A stretch of DNA of 64,000 nt from Thermostichus sp. DRC_bins_24 (GCA_039794845.1 JAUQVK010000101.1:50416-114415); one strand, 5' to 3'. Numbered from the stretch's first letter, positions 52,106-62,142 are shown. The notes: generated from the letters alone by a model not told the origin. Made by a program: numbers and translations.

Positions 52106-52420
52106 TTATCCCCACATCCTGATCGGGATCCCTTCCAACTCTTGCATCTGACCGCAAGTGAGCTTGCCCCACCTCCATTCGGAATAGGCGGAGAAGGTCG
52201 TTCTGGATCATCCACCAAACTCCGCCCAACTTTCAAACCCTAATCATTCAACTCGCTAGAGCTTAGGGTAAAACGATTTGGATCCATGCCATTTGGAACA
52301 TACCCTACACCTCCTTTTCCGAGCTTTGGGGTTCAGGCGGAACTCTCCTGCCCCCAGAGCAGTCATAGTGCTCAAGTCCTTTCAGCTTTTCTGGGCGATC
52401 CTCTCGATTCCTTTTCCTCT

Positions 52421-53152
52421 ATGACTCCCCCAGAGTTGCCTTCCACCTCCCAAGACCAACCGGCTCAGCACAGCTTGATCTGGCTGGTTGCGGCTGCCGG
52501 TCTGACGGTTTTGCTTTGGCAATTCCCCTGGGGCAACTACATTCTTTACCCCTTCACGATTTTGGCCACTTGGTTCCACGAAATGGGGCATGGTCTGACA
52601 GCGCTCTTGCTCGGTGGGGATTTTCACCGTCTGGAGATTTACTCCAATGGTTCGGGGCTGGCCTTTCACAGTGGGCGATTGTTTTTGGGGCCGGTGGGTC
52701 GAGCTTTGGTAGCTGCTGGCGGGCCGATGGGGCCACCGATAGCCGGGGCCGTTTTCATTTTGGCTTCTCGGCGCAAGGGTACAGCCCGGCTTGGGTTGTT
52801 GTTTTTGGGATCCCTGCTGTTGCTGTCGGCGGTGCTCTGGGTGCGCTCTGGGTTTGGATTGCTGTTCATTCCCGCCATGGGGCTGGGGATCTTAGCGCTG
52901 GGACTGTGGGCTTCCCCTTGGATGCAGGGCTTTGCCATTCAGTTTTTGGGGGTTCAGGCTTGTGTGAGCACCTATCGCCAGCTGGATTACCTGTTTACTG
53001 CCAGCGCCGTGATCAATGGGCAGGTGATCCACTCCGATTCCAGCCAAATTGCCCAGAACCTATTCTTGCCCTATTGGTTTTGGGGCGGGTTAATGGCGGT
53101 GTCTTCTTTGGTATTGCTGATCACCAGTTTGCAATTGGCTTTCCGTGACTAA
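52421..53152 (+). CDS. M50 family membrane metallopeptidase
   Basis: WFHEMGHG (HExxH), AAGG, SDS; several TM segments. Confidence 0.88.
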   Translation: MTPPELPSTSQDQPAQHSLIWLVAAAGLTVLLWQFPWGNYILYPFTILATWFHEMGHGLTALLLGGDFHRLEIYSNGSGLAFHSGRLFLGPVGRALVAAGGPMGPPIAGAVFILASRRKGTARLGLLFLGSLLLLSAVLWVRSGFGLLFIPAMGLGILALGLWASPWMQGFAIQFLGVQACVSTYRQLDYLFTASAVINGQVIHSDSSQIAQNLFLPYWFWGGLMAVSSLVLLITSLQLAFRD

Positions 53153-53181
53153 CTGGTATGGGGCAAAGCCGCAATTTTGGA

Positions 53182-53197
53182 AGTGATTCACATCACG
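53182..53197. promoter_or_regulatory. CRP-like site
   Basis: AGTGA-TTCACA-TCACG versus consensus TGTGA-N6-TCACA. Confidence 0.5.
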
Positions 53198-53283
53198 CAA
53201 AGATCCGTCACAAATCACTGCCCAGCTGAGAAAACCGCCGCTACAGTAGTGGGCATGAGGAGTGAGGAGTCCAGGAGTGCATC

Positions 53284-53418
53284 ATGTGGCGAGACATCAT
53301 CGGGCTGGCCCTAGCAGCGACCCTGCTGTTGATCAGCAAAACCACGGCGGATACGGTTGGTCGGGGTCAAGTGCAAATGCTAACAGAACCGGCGCCCTAT
53401 TCTTTCCCGGTGGAATGA
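53284..53418 (+). CDS. Possible 44-aa secreted or membrane peptide
   Basis: MWRDIIGLALAATLLLISKTTADTVGRG...; AGGAG Shine-Dalgarno upstream; below the ORF-track cutoff. Confidence 0.45.
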   Translation: MWRDIIGLALAATLLLISKTTADTVGRGQVQMLTEPAPYSFPVE

Positions 53419-53508
53419 GTTTTTGAGTCTGCTGCTTAGAGTCGTACCAGCATTGCCTTTTTGTGCAACACTCATCCTAGAGTCTTTTCGTTAAGCCTGG
53501 GATCCCTG

Positions 53509-54627
53509 ATGCGCATAGCTCTGTTCACGGAGACGTTTCTGCCCAAGGTAGACGGCATCGTTACCCGGCTTTGCCACACGGTTCGTCACTTAACAGCCCG
53601 CGGCAATTCTGTACTGGTGGTTGCGCCTCAAGGGGCTCCCAGGCGATTCGCGCGGGCACGGGTTTACGGGATCCCGGGCCTGCCTTTGCCGTTGTATCCA
53701 GAGCTGAAACTGGCTGCCCCGGGCCCGGCCATCGGCAAGTTGCTCAACCGCTTCCGGCCGGATGTGATCCATGTGGTGAACCCGGCGGTGCTGGGGTTGG
53801 GGGGCCTTTACTACAGCCAAACCATGGGGATCCCTTTGGTGGCCTCCTATCACACCCACTTGCCCAAGTATCTGAAGCATTATCGGCTGGGTTTTCTGGA
53901 GGGAGTGCTGTGGAACCTCCTGAAGCTGGGACACAATCTGGCCCGGGTTAACCTCTGTACCTCTACGGCGATGGTGCAGGAGTTGAGCGAACACGGTATC
54001 GAGCGGGTGCAGTTGTGGCAGCGGGGGGTGGATACCGAGCTGTTTCACCCCGAGGCGGCCAACCCAGAAATGCGGGATCGCCTGACAGCAGGGCAGCCGG
54101 AACGGCCCCTTTTGCTCTATGTCGGGCGGCTCTCTGCCGAAAAGGAAGTGGGGCGGATCAAGGTGTTGTTGGAGCAGATCCCCCAGGCCCGCTTGGCGAT
54201 TGTTGGGGATGGGCCGGAGCGGGGATCCCTGGAGCAGCATTTTGCCGGTCATGATGTGGTCTTCACGGGTTATTTGCAGGGGGAATCCCTGGCGGCGGCC
54301 TTTGCCTCGGCGGATTTGTTTGTGTTCCCTTCCCGTACCGAGACCTTGGGGCTGGTCTTGCTGGAGGCTATGGCTGCCGGTTGTCCTGTGATTGCCCCCC
54401 GTTCCGGTGGCATTACCGATGTGGTGGACAGTGGCCGCAATGGTTTTCTCTTTGATCCCAGTTCCGATAGCGATTTTGTCCATGCCACCCAGCAGCTTCT
54501 GAGCAGCACCGGGCAACGGCAGATGTTTCGGCGGCAGGCCCGCCAAGAGGCAGAGCGCTGGAGTTGGTCGGCGGCCACCCAACAGTTGGAGGATTACTAC
54601 CGGACCGTCATCGATGGGATCCGCTGA
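53509..54627 (+). CDS. sqdX: Sulfoquinovosyltransferase (GT4)
   Basis: MRIALFTETFLPKVDGIVTRL, SYHTHLP, LWQRGVDTE, TETLGLVLLEAMA. Confidence 0.85.
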   Translation: MRIALFTETFLPKVDGIVTRLCHTVRHLTARGNSVLVVAPQGAPRRFARARVYGIPGLPLPLYPELKLAAPGPAIGKLLNRFRPDVIHVVNPAVLGLGGLYYSQTMGIPLVASYHTHLPKYLKHYRLGFLEGVLWNLLKLGHNLARVNLCTSTAMVQELSEHGIERVQLWQRGVDTELFHPEAANPEMRDRLTAGQPERPLLLYVGRLSAEKEVGRIKVLLEQIPQARLAIVGDGPERGSLEQHFAGHDVVFTGYLQGESLAAAFASADLFVFPSRTETLGLVLLEAMAAGCPVIAPRSGGITDVVDSGRNGFLFDPSSDSDFVHATQQLLSSTGQRQMFRRQARQEAERWSWSAATQQLEDYYRTVIDGIR

Positions 54628-55267
54628 ACTGCCCCAAGCCCTGCAAACCCTCCTTGAAACCGTGGGATCCCCCGGGCCCCGCTTTGACTGGCGAACGGAT
54701 CCCTGGTTGCCTTTTTCCTGGTCGGTGCAAGTGGGATCTTGGGGGATGCTCTACGGCGAAGTGGAGGCCCCTGAGATCGAATGGGCCAGAGCCCTCTTGC
54801 AACTGCGCCTCTCCCACCCCCCCATCCCTGTGGCGCAACCTCGGAACCCCCAAACGGCTTCTGCAGCGGTGCTCACCTATGCCTGGGGTTTGAATCGGGT
54901 TGCCCACGGGATCCCCTTGGATCGCGCTTTGGCACAACTGGGCTACGATCCCAACGACAGCAAAAAGTTTACGAAAGAACAAATCATCACCCAGTCCGCT
55001 CGGATCCCGGACTACATCAAAGTCCTACTGCTCTTGGAATTGCTCTATCGCGGCATAGAAATGTCCTGGCAAAAGGAGTTGCAAGCCGCCTGCGGAGAGG
55101 ATGAAATGCGTGCGGCCCACCAACTGAATATGGCCTGCATTCGCCCCGAAGATCCCGATCGCACCCTGCTCCAGATTCATCACTTTGGCTTGAAAATCAG
55201 CGGCTCTGATGAACCGGCCCTGCGAACGGGGGTGCAGATTCAACTGTCGGATGGCCGCCAAGTTTGA
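54614..55267 (+). CDS. Hypothetical protein
   Basis: 217-aa ORF overlapping the sqdX stop; host-like composition. Confidence 0.7.
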   Translation: MGSAELPQALQTLLETVGSPGPRFDWRTDPWLPFSWSVQVGSWGMLYGEVEAPEIEWARALLQLRLSHPPIPVAQPRNPQTASAAVLTYAWGLNRVAHGIPLDRALAQLGYDPNDSKKFTKEQIITQSARIPDYIKVLLLLELLYRGIEMSWQKELQAACGEDEMRAAHQLNMACIRPEDPDRTLLQIHHFGLKISGSDEPALRTGVQIQLSDGRQV

Positions 55268-55276
55268 TCCTCGAGC

Positions 55277-56263
55277 TTAAGCAGAGACGGGATGATCCCC
55301 CTCCACCGCCCGCACCTGATCCACAAAGTATTCCTCCAACGACTGCCGTTGCAGATGCAAATCCGTAACCGTAGCCCCCGCCTGATTGAGGATCCCCAGC
55401 AACTCCGACAGGGATCCGCCCCACTCCCCTGACCAATGGGATCCCTGGAGATGAAAGTGTTGGAGGCGATCGCGGAATTGGTTGACATCTCCATCGTGTC
55501 CGCGCACCACATAGGTTTCCGTCTGCCCGAGCAGCTCATCCAACGTGCCCTGCTGCACCAATTTGCCGCCGATGATCAGACCGACCCGGTTGCAGATTAC
55601 CTCCACATCGCCCAAGATATGGCTGTTGAAAAAGACGGTTTTGCCCTGTTGCTTGAGAGAGAGAATGATCTCGCGCATTTGGTAGCGCCCCATCGGATCC
55701 AGTCCAGACATCGGCTCATCCAGAAACACCAGCTCCGGATCGTTGATCAGAGCCTGGGCCATGCCGGTGCGTTGCAACATCCCCTTGGAGTAGGTGCGCA
55801 GTTGTTTTTTGCGGGCGGTATCAATAGAAAGCCCCACCAACTCCAGCAGTTGCGGGATCCGCTCTTTCAAAACGCTGTTGGGCAGCCGAAACACTTCTCC
55901 GGCAAAGTGCAGAAACTCCCACGCCGTTAGGTAATCGTAAAAATAGGGGTTTTCGGGCAAGTAGCCTACCTGTTGCTTAATGGAGCGATCCCCCAACGGT
56001 TTGCCCAGCAAGGTACCGCTGCCACTGGTGGGATCCACAATCCCCAGCAGACATTTGATGGTGGTGGTTTTGCCAGCCCCATTGGGCCCCAGCAGCCCAA
56101 AGGTTTCTCCGCGGGCCACCGTTAGGGAAAAATCCTTAAGGGAACTAACCACTTTGTTCATCCAAAAGCCCGTGCGATAGGTTTTCGTCAGATCCCTGAT
56201 GGCGATGGCAGGCTCGGAATGAACGACAGAAGATTCTTGAGACGGAGCAAGGGTCTCGCTCAT
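55277..56263 (-). CDS. ABC-2-type transporter ATP-binding protein
   Basis: GPNGAGKTT, YSKGMLQR, FLDEPMSGLDP. Confidence 0.94.
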   Translation of the reverse strand: MSETLAPSQESSVVHSEPAIAIRDLTKTYRTGFWMNKVVSSLKDFSLTVARGETFGLLGPNGAGKTTTIKCLLGIVDPTSGSGTLLGKPLGDRSIKQQVGYLPENPYFYDYLTAWEFLHFAGEVFRLPNSVLKERIPQLLELVGLSIDTARKKQLRTYSKGMLQRTGMAQALINDPELVFLDEPMSGLDPMGRYQMREIILSLKQQGKTVFFNSHILGDVEVICNRVGLIIGGKLVQQGTLDELLGQTETYVVRGHDGDVNQFRDRLQHFHLQGSHWSGEWGGSLSELLGILNQAGATVTDLHLQRQSLEEYFVDQVRAVEGDHPVSA

Positions 56264-56423
56264 GGGTACAACAGGGCTGAGGGAGAGGATACTAGCCTTC
56301 CTAGTTTACCCACTGTTTAGGGCGCCCTTATAAGCAGGGCAATCCCATACGAGAACATATCATTCAACACACATAAATGGGGATGATTTGCTAAGGTGAC
56401 CGAGTTTCGCTTCGTAAGCCTCT

Positions 56424-56519
56424 ATGCCTGCTCAGAACATCTCAGAAGCGCTGTTCGCCTGTTTTGCCGATTGGCCAGATCCGCGCCGTGGCAACGCCAT
56501 TCGTCATCAACTGCTCGAT
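56424..56519 (+). pseudogene. ISAs1 transposase N-terminal fragment
   Basis: MPAQNISEALFACFADWPDPRRGNAIRHQLLD matches the F-x-D-x-PDPR...RH-x-L-x-D start of ISAs1 transposases; cut at TA by the MITE. Confidence 0.8.
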
Positions 56520-56672
56520 ACAGCCCTCTACGCCTAGGGCACGCTGGCGCGTTCGCCCATGGCGGCCCCTAGGGCACCGCCAGTCCCATATAACAACCGT
56601 GGAAGTTGAGATCCACCCCCTAGGGCTAAAGAAGCACAAGCCCTGCCGTAGAAAACCCGCGTAAGGGCTGTA
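56519..56672. mobile_element. MITE family 1, copy B
   Basis: TACAGCCCT...AAGGGCTGTA; homologous to 14760-14942 in inverted orientation. Confidence 0.85.
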
Positions 56673-56764
56673 ATCGCATGCGGTTGCCCTGTTCGATGTG
56701 TCCTTTCTATGGTAAGGTTTTATACATATCAAGTCGAGAGGTACTTGCTCATGAGGTTAGCTTT

Positions 56765-57166
56765 ATGAGGTTAGCTTTTCTCGCTGCTTTGGTTTCCGTA
56801 GCAACTGTGATGGGAGCTTCTGTTGCTCAAGCCCAGGTTTCAATTCGTGATCTCCAGAGAAATCCAGGAATTGCAATCTCAGGTGTCATTCGTAGTGTTG
56901 TTGGCAATGAATTTATTTTGGATGATGGGACCGGACAGATAATTGTTGATGCCGGACCACTTTGGTACCATCAACTCAATTTCACTCCTGGAGAGCGTGT
57001 CACCGTTGTTGGTGAGTATGATGGTGGAGATTTTGATGCTTACACGATTACTCGTGGTAGCGGTGAAGTGATTCAAATTCGCAATGCAGGTGGGCCTCCA
57101 CCTTGGGCAGGCGGTCGCGGGCGCAGAGTTGATTGGGTACAGCCCTTCACGCCTAGGGCACGCTAG
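56765..57166 (+). CDS. Secreted OB-fold protein (YgiW/YdeI-like)
   Basis: Signal peptide AQA; ISGVIRSVVGNEFILDDGTGQIIVDAG...VTVVGEYD; the last codons come from MITE copy C. Confidence 0.85.
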   Translation: MRLAFLAALVSVATVMGASVAQAQVSIRDLQRNPGIAISGVIRSVVGNEFILDDGTGQIIVDAGPLWYHQLNFTPGERVTVVGEYDGGDFDAYTITRGSGEVIQIRNAGGPPPWAGGRGRRVDWVQPFTPRAR

Positions 57167-57227
57167 TGCGTTCGCCCACCATAGGGCACCGCCAGTCCCA
57201 TATAACAACCCATATAACAACCGCGGA
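57138..57227. mobile_element. MITE family 1, copy C (left part only)
   Basis: TACAGCCCTTCACGCCTAGGGCACGCT...GGGCACCGCCAGTCCCATATAACAA, with a tandem duplication of CCCATATAACAA. Confidence 0.8.
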
Positions 57228-57476
57228 CGGGCGAAATCTGAGCTACCCCCGCCAGACCCTCTCCCCAGGCCATTGGGTCTAGCATCTACCCTGTGGGCAG
57301 ACAAACTCAAGCAAAGGCTGAAGATGCACCGGCGAACCTTACGGCTACGTTTCTGCCCCCGGAACCTAGTTATGGATATCCTGCATGGGTCGTCACCCCT
57401 ACCGGTGCGTGCTCAGCCTAACATTGCTGCCAGTGCTCCCTGCGGTTGCCCCCCGCTACCCCACCCCCTAATCGCA

Positions 57477-58274
57477 ATGCACCATCTTGCTGCGCAAGGT
57501 GCGGAGCACCATGGGCGGAGCACTGCGGCGGATCCTGGTAGTGTCGGCACGAAGTGGGCAAAACGGATCCCTGTCATAGCGCTCGTCGTCTGGCAAGCGT
57601 TTGTGTTGGGGTTTTTGACCCTAGCTGGTGTCGAAAATCGGATCCTGCTAGCTCTGGCTGGGATGGCCGGGGGATTGAGCCTCCTGTGGATCGGCGGTTG
57701 CGGAGTACTGTCCCTCTTCGCTCGCAATCCCATTTACCGTGCCATTCAACGCATCCCCTTGCCATCTAGCGTTACCTTCTTCGGATTCGTCACTCTCCTT
57801 GCACTGGTTGAGGAAGCGGTTGCCACGCTGATGACAAACTGCGCGCCGCTATTTGGGGTCCAAGTGGGGGAGGTCTACATCACGGCCTCGGCTGATTATC
57901 TCGATGTCGTGCTTTTCCATAGCGTGGTGGCTTTCCTTGGGCAGTTCGCAACATGGGCTTGGATGCTCTCTCGATACGCCTTCTCCCCGTTCAGTGTTTT
58001 CCTCCTCTATGGCCTCACCGGGTTCATCAACGAAACACTCTTCGTCGGGATCCAACCCTTGACCCTCGCTCAATGGATTCTCATCTATGGGCTGATGATT
58101 TATCTGCCCGCCTACTGTTATCCCAAGATGCCCCGGCGGGTAGTGCGCTGGTGGCACTATCCACTCGCGGTCGTGCTGCCGATCGTAGGATCTATGCCTG
58201 TGGTCGTGTTGATGGTATTCGTGATCGCACCGGGTCACCCGAGCATCCATTTTCCGCTGATGGGAAGCCGGTAA
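57477..58274 (+). CDS. Hypothetical multi-pass membrane protein
   Basis: About 7 hydrophobic segments, LVEEAV and GFINE motifs; start uncertain. Confidence 0.75.
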   Translation: MHHLAAQGAEHHGRSTAADPGSVGTKWAKRIPVIALVVWQAFVLGFLTLAGVENRILLALAGMAGGLSLLWIGGCGVLSLFARNPIYRAIQRIPLPSSVTFFGFVTLLALVEEAVATLMTNCAPLFGVQVGEVYITASADYLDVVLFHSVVAFLGQFATWAWMLSRYAFSPFSVFLLYGLTGFINETLFVGIQPLTLAQWILIYGLMIYLPAYCYPKMPRRVVRWWHYPLAVVLPIVGSMPVVVLMVFVIAPGHPSIHFPLMGSR

Positions 58275-58799
58275 AGCACTCCCGGGTTACCCAAGCGGGC
58301 CGCCCCTAGCCCTGGCAGCGATAACGAGGTAGGACAGATTTCAGGGATATTGATGGCTCACCGGCCCCGGTATAGCGGAGCGGGTTCGCTCGGTGATATT
58401 GAGGATCGAGCAACACGAATGGGCTGTAGCAGGGCGGTGACGCAGCACCCGCTCACAGGATAGGAAATAGCCAATCCATTGCCAGCTTCCAATACCCATG
58501 GTGGGGAAAGGCCTCATCCGGTGGTCAGACAACCAACATCTGCACTGTTTGGTAAACTGAGGGGGCCTTTTCGTTAAGGTAGGCCTTGTTGATAGTAAAG
58601 AGCCTGCTTTTTTACCACACGAAGGCGAATCCCTTATCCCGTAAGCTTTTCACCCACCTTTGTTACCCCGTCAGGGAGCAGACGGTAGCCTTTGCCAGAG
58701 AATAAGATGGGCCTGAGTCAAGACCCATAGTTGCTCAACCTCAGATCCTTCCTAAGGATCCCTAAGATCTAAGATCCCTGAGATTTGTCCCTCAACTCT

Positions 58800-59999
58800 G
58801 TGTACCTGCGTTCCCTGCATCTGTGGCACTTTCGCAACTACGACGATCAAGGGATCCAACTGAGCTCGCCCAAGACGATCTTGGTGGGGGATAACGCCCA
58901 GGGGAAAACCAACCTGCTGGAGGCGGTGGAGCTGCTGGCCACGTTGCGCTCGCGGCGTGCCGGTCGGGATCGGGAGCTTGTGCGTACCCCTGACTCCCAG
59001 GCCCAAATTGCGGCCATCGTCGAACGGATGGGGGTGGCTCATGAGCTGGTAATGGATTTGCGCAGCAGTGGCAGGCGATCCTTGAAGGTGAACGGGCAAC
59101 CGCTGCGTCGCCAATCGGAGTTTCTGGGCCAGGTGAATGCCGTTGTGTTCTCTAGCTTGGATCTGGAGTTGGTGCGGGGTGGGCCAGAGTCTCGGCGCCA
59201 CTGGTTGGATGGGGTGTTGATTCAACTGGAGCCCATTTACACCGGGCTGCTGGAACACTATCGCAGGGTGCTAAAACAGCGCAATGCCCTCCTGAAGGCG
59301 CAACGGGATCCCTTTCGACCTTCCACCGGCGAGGCTGCGACCGAAATGGCCTTTTGGGATGCAGAGTTGGCCACAGCAGGCAGTCGGATCATGCGGCGAC
59401 GGGCGCGGCTCCTGCAACGGCTTGGCCCTTTAGCCAATCATTGGCACCAGGCCATCAGCGGAGGCCGAGAAACCCTCACCCTGGCCTACCGATCGCAAGT
59501 GCCTCTGGTCGGTTCACAGATTCCCCCGGAAGGAATCCCAGCCCTGAGCCCCGAACAGGTGCAGGCTCTGTTTTTACAGGAAATTCGAGCCAAGGCGGCA
59601 GCAGAACTGGCTGTGGGTAGCTCCTTGGTGGGGCCCCACCGAGATGATGTGGACATGAGCATCAACGATACGGCCGCCCGCGCTTACGGATCCCAGGGGC
59701 AGCAACGCACCTTGGTTTTGGCCCTGAAACTGGCGGAGCTGGAGCTGATCGAGCAGGTGATCGGGGAGCCGCCCTTGCTGTTGTTGGATGATGTGCTGGC
59801 GGAACTGGATCTGCATCGGCAAAATCAGCTCTTGGATGCCATTCAAAACCGCGTGCAAACCCTGGTGACCACTACCCATCTGGGATCCTTCGATGCCCGT
59901 TGGCTCAGTGCCGCACAAATCTTTCAGGTCCAGGGGGGGCAACTCTCTCCCTTCAAAGCCCGGGATCCGGTTCCCATGGGCGAGGCGGGATCCCTTTAG
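58800..59999 (+). CDS. recF: DNA replication/repair protein RecF
   Basis: [42 protein letters not shown]. Confidence 0.98.
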   Translation: MYLRSLHLWHFRNYDDQGIQLSSPKTILVGDNAQGKTNLLEAVELLATLRSRRAGRDRELVRTPDSQAQIAAIVERMGVAHELVMDLRSSGRRSLKVNGQPLRRQSEFLGQVNAVVFSSLDLELVRGGPESRRHWLDGVLIQLEPIYTGLLEHYRRVLKQRNALLKAQRDPFRPSTGEAATEMAFWDAELATAGSRIMRRRARLLQRLGPLANHWHQAISGGRETLTLAYRSQVPLVGSQIPPEGIPALSPEQVQALFLQEIRAKAAAELAVGSSLVGPHRDDVDMSINDTAARAYGSQGQQRTLVLALKLAELELIEQVIGEPPLLLLDDVLAELDLHRQNQLLDAIQNRVQTLVTTTHLGSFDARWLSAAQIFQVQGGQLSPFKARDPVPMGEAGSL

Positions 60000-61231
60000 G
60001 CGTTGGCCTGATCTCCCAAGGGGGCAGGGGATCCGCGAAACAAGGCGGATGGTTCTCCCCCAATCCCCAGACTTGACAATTGACTCTGCAAATGGGGCTG
60101 TTGGGCCAAGAGCCGCTCTACTTCGCCATTGAGCTGACTTTCCGTGAAGGGTTTGGTGAGGTAAGCCGTTGCCCCCGACCATTTGCCACGAATGCGATCG
60201 AAAAGGCCATCCCGCGAAGTGACCATGACGATGGGAATCGACTTAAACTCCTCCAAATTGCGCACAATCCGGCACAACTCCAGCCCATCGATCCCCGGCA
60301 TTGTCACATCCATCAACAACAAGTGGGGCCGGTGCTGAAACAACAGATTGAGCACTTCGGAAGGGTTGCCCGTTGTAATCACGTGATACTTGGGCAGTGA
60401 TTGCCGTATGATCTCCTGCATCACCACACTGTCATCTACTGCCAAGATGGTGATCGGGTTGTGGCGCTTGGCTTGAAGCAATTCGTGGGGGGTTTGCAGG
60501 CTGATCAAGCCTTTTTTCAGCCATCCGGCAAAGAGAGTGGCCACATCCAGCCGATCGCGGCAGAGCCTCTTGGCAATTACCTCCAGCGACTGGCCATCCT
60601 TGGTGAGGTTGTGGAGCTTTTGCCGCTGTTCTTCGGTGATGCGATAGCGATTAACGCGCTCCCAGTTAACCACAGGCACTGCCAGCATTGTTGGGATCGC
60701 CACCTTCAGGGCCACCCATTGATCCCACCGATGCGCTGCCTCCTGCAGCAGTGGCCCCAGCTCAAAACCACCAATCGGGGTATCCTGGGCCACCTGCTCC
60801 TGCACCTCAAAACGACAGGTGCCCGCCCGCTCGAATAGGTAACGGTCAAAGTCCGTGAGCAGGTTCAGCCACAGCGCATCTTCCACCTCCCCCGGCTTGA
60901 GCAGGGCCAGTTGCGTCATGGCCTCGATCAACTCCTGCAGGGAATTTTCCTTCATCAAGCGCTCTTGCACCACCCGGATCGCCCGCTGGGACCATCCCAG
61001 GTTCAGGCGCGGAATAAAGCGGGACAGGCGTTTCAAAAAAATTTGGATATTGAGGGGTTGATCGGCGGAGAAGATCAGCCTGCCATGGTAGTAGGTGAGC
61101 ACCCAGGGCTCTGTGCCCTCTGAGGGATCCGCCCCCTTCAGGTGCATGCGTAGGTACCCGGTGGTAAACTGTTGGCTTTGCTGCCTGAGCAGCGGGGCAA
61201 GCTCCTGGGATCCAAACACAAAACGGGACAT
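59996..61231 (-). CDS. PatA-type response regulator (N-terminal PATAN-like region plus C-terminal REC)
   Basis: ILAVDDS...LLMDVTMPGIDG...YLTKPF at the C-terminus of a 411-aa protein. Confidence 0.85.
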   Translation of the reverse strand: MSRFVFGSQELAPLLRQQSQQFTTGYLRMHLKGADPSEGTEPWVLTYYHGRLIFSADQPLNIQIFLKRLSRFIPRLNLGWSQRAIRVVQERLMKENSLQELIEAMTQLALLKPGEVEDALWLNLLTDFDRYLFERAGTCRFEVQEQVAQDTPIGGFELGPLLQEAAHRWDQWVALKVAIPTMLAVPVVNWERVNRYRITEEQRQKLHNLTKDGQSLEVIAKRLCRDRLDVATLFAGWLKKGLISLQTPHELLQAKRHNPITILAVDDSVVMQEIIRQSLPKYHVITTGNPSEVLNLLFQHRPHLLLMDVTMPGIDGLELCRIVRNLEEFKSIPIVMVTSRDGLFDRIRGKWSGATAYLTKPFTESQLNGEVERLLAQQPHLQSQLSSLGIGGEPSALFRGSPAPLGDQANA

Positions 61232-61401
61232 GCAGTGTTCTCCGGGTCAACTTAGGTCACCATTCGCCTCAGCCACACACTCACTCAACCCCCTCTGGGG
61301 GAATCTTCACACATTCGATTTATCTTAACGTTCTCTTTGTCCCTGCTACAGCGAGAAAACCCTGTCTTGAGGCCATTGCTTTAATACAACTTGAATACAA
61401 C

Positions 61402-62142
61402 TTATGGGCCGGGTTCCAAATGTAAGGCTTGCCGTTGGGCTTGGAGCAATTCTTGGATCCCGGCTTGGGCCATATCCAGCATCTGCAACAGTTGCGGGCG
61501 GCTAAAGCAGGTGGCTTCGGCGGTGCCCTGGATTTCGATGAAGGATCCCTGCTCGTTCATGACGATGTTCATGTCCACCTCCGCCTGGCTGTCTTCGAGG
61601 TAACAGAGGTCGGCGATCACCTCGCCCTGGACTATTCCCACCGAAAGGGCCGCCACTTGATGCCGCAAAGGGGATCCCTGATCGGGATCGAGCACCCCCT
61701 GTTTGTACAGCCAGGTGATGGCGTCGTGAACTGCCACATAACCCCCCGTGATCGCGGCGGTGCGGGTGCCCCCATCCGCCTGCAGCACATCAGCATCCAG
61801 GGTAATGGTGCGGGATCCCAGCTTGTGAAAATCCAAGACGGTGCGCAGGCTGCGCCCAATCAGCCGTTGGATCTCAGCAGTACGGCCCGACAGTTTCATC
61901 AGCTCGCGCGGTTGCCGGGGTTGGGTGGCTCCGGGCAACATGCGGTACTCAGCCGTCAGCCAACCTTGGCCCTTATCCCGCAAAAAGGGGGGGACTTCTT
62001 CGGCCACACTGGCGGTGCAGAGAACGTGGGTATGGCCAAATTTGACCAACACCGATCCAGGGGCATAACGGGTAAAGTGCCGCTCGAAGGAGACCGGGCG
62101 CAATTGGGCAGGAGTACGACCATCTGGGCGTTGCCAGCTCAT
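61402..62142 (-). CDS. rph: Ribonuclease PH
   Basis: [41 protein letters not shown]. Confidence 0.98.
   Translation of the reverse strand: MSWQRPDGRTPAQLRPVSFERHFTRYAPGSVLVKFGHTHVLCTASVAEEVPPFLRDKGQGWLTAEYRMLPGATQPRQPRELMKLSGRTAEIQRLIGRSLRTVLDFHKLGSRTITLDADVLQADGGTRTAAITGGYVAVHDAITWLYKQGVLDPDQGSPLRHQVAALSVGIVQGEVIADLCYLEDSQAEVDMNIVMNEQGSFIEIQGTAEATCFSRPQLLQMLDMAQAGIQELLQAQRQALHLEPGP

Larger units (their letters stand above)
56335..56691 (+). mobile_element. Internally deleted ISAs1-family element containing MITE copy B
   Basis: Inverted ends CAGGGCAATCCCAT (56335) and ATGCGGTTGCCCTG (56678-56691), 12/14 match; transposase N-terminal fragment inside. Confidence 0.75.

Noticed and set aside
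57415..57475. GCCTAAC as an integron attC inverse core before the membrane gene
   Set aside because: No matching GTTRRRY core or attC-like dyad, and no integrase.
57084..57476. N-terminal 131 aa of the 396-aa ORF 57084-58274
   Set aside because: It runs through the OB-fold gene end and MITE copy C; only the hydrophobic part from about 57477 looks like real protein.
58741..58785. Degenerate AAGATCCCT tandem before recF (and TTGATCTAG x2 at 14181-14198)
   Set aside because: Short low-complexity GATC-containing duplications with no spacers; not CRISPR and no supportable function.
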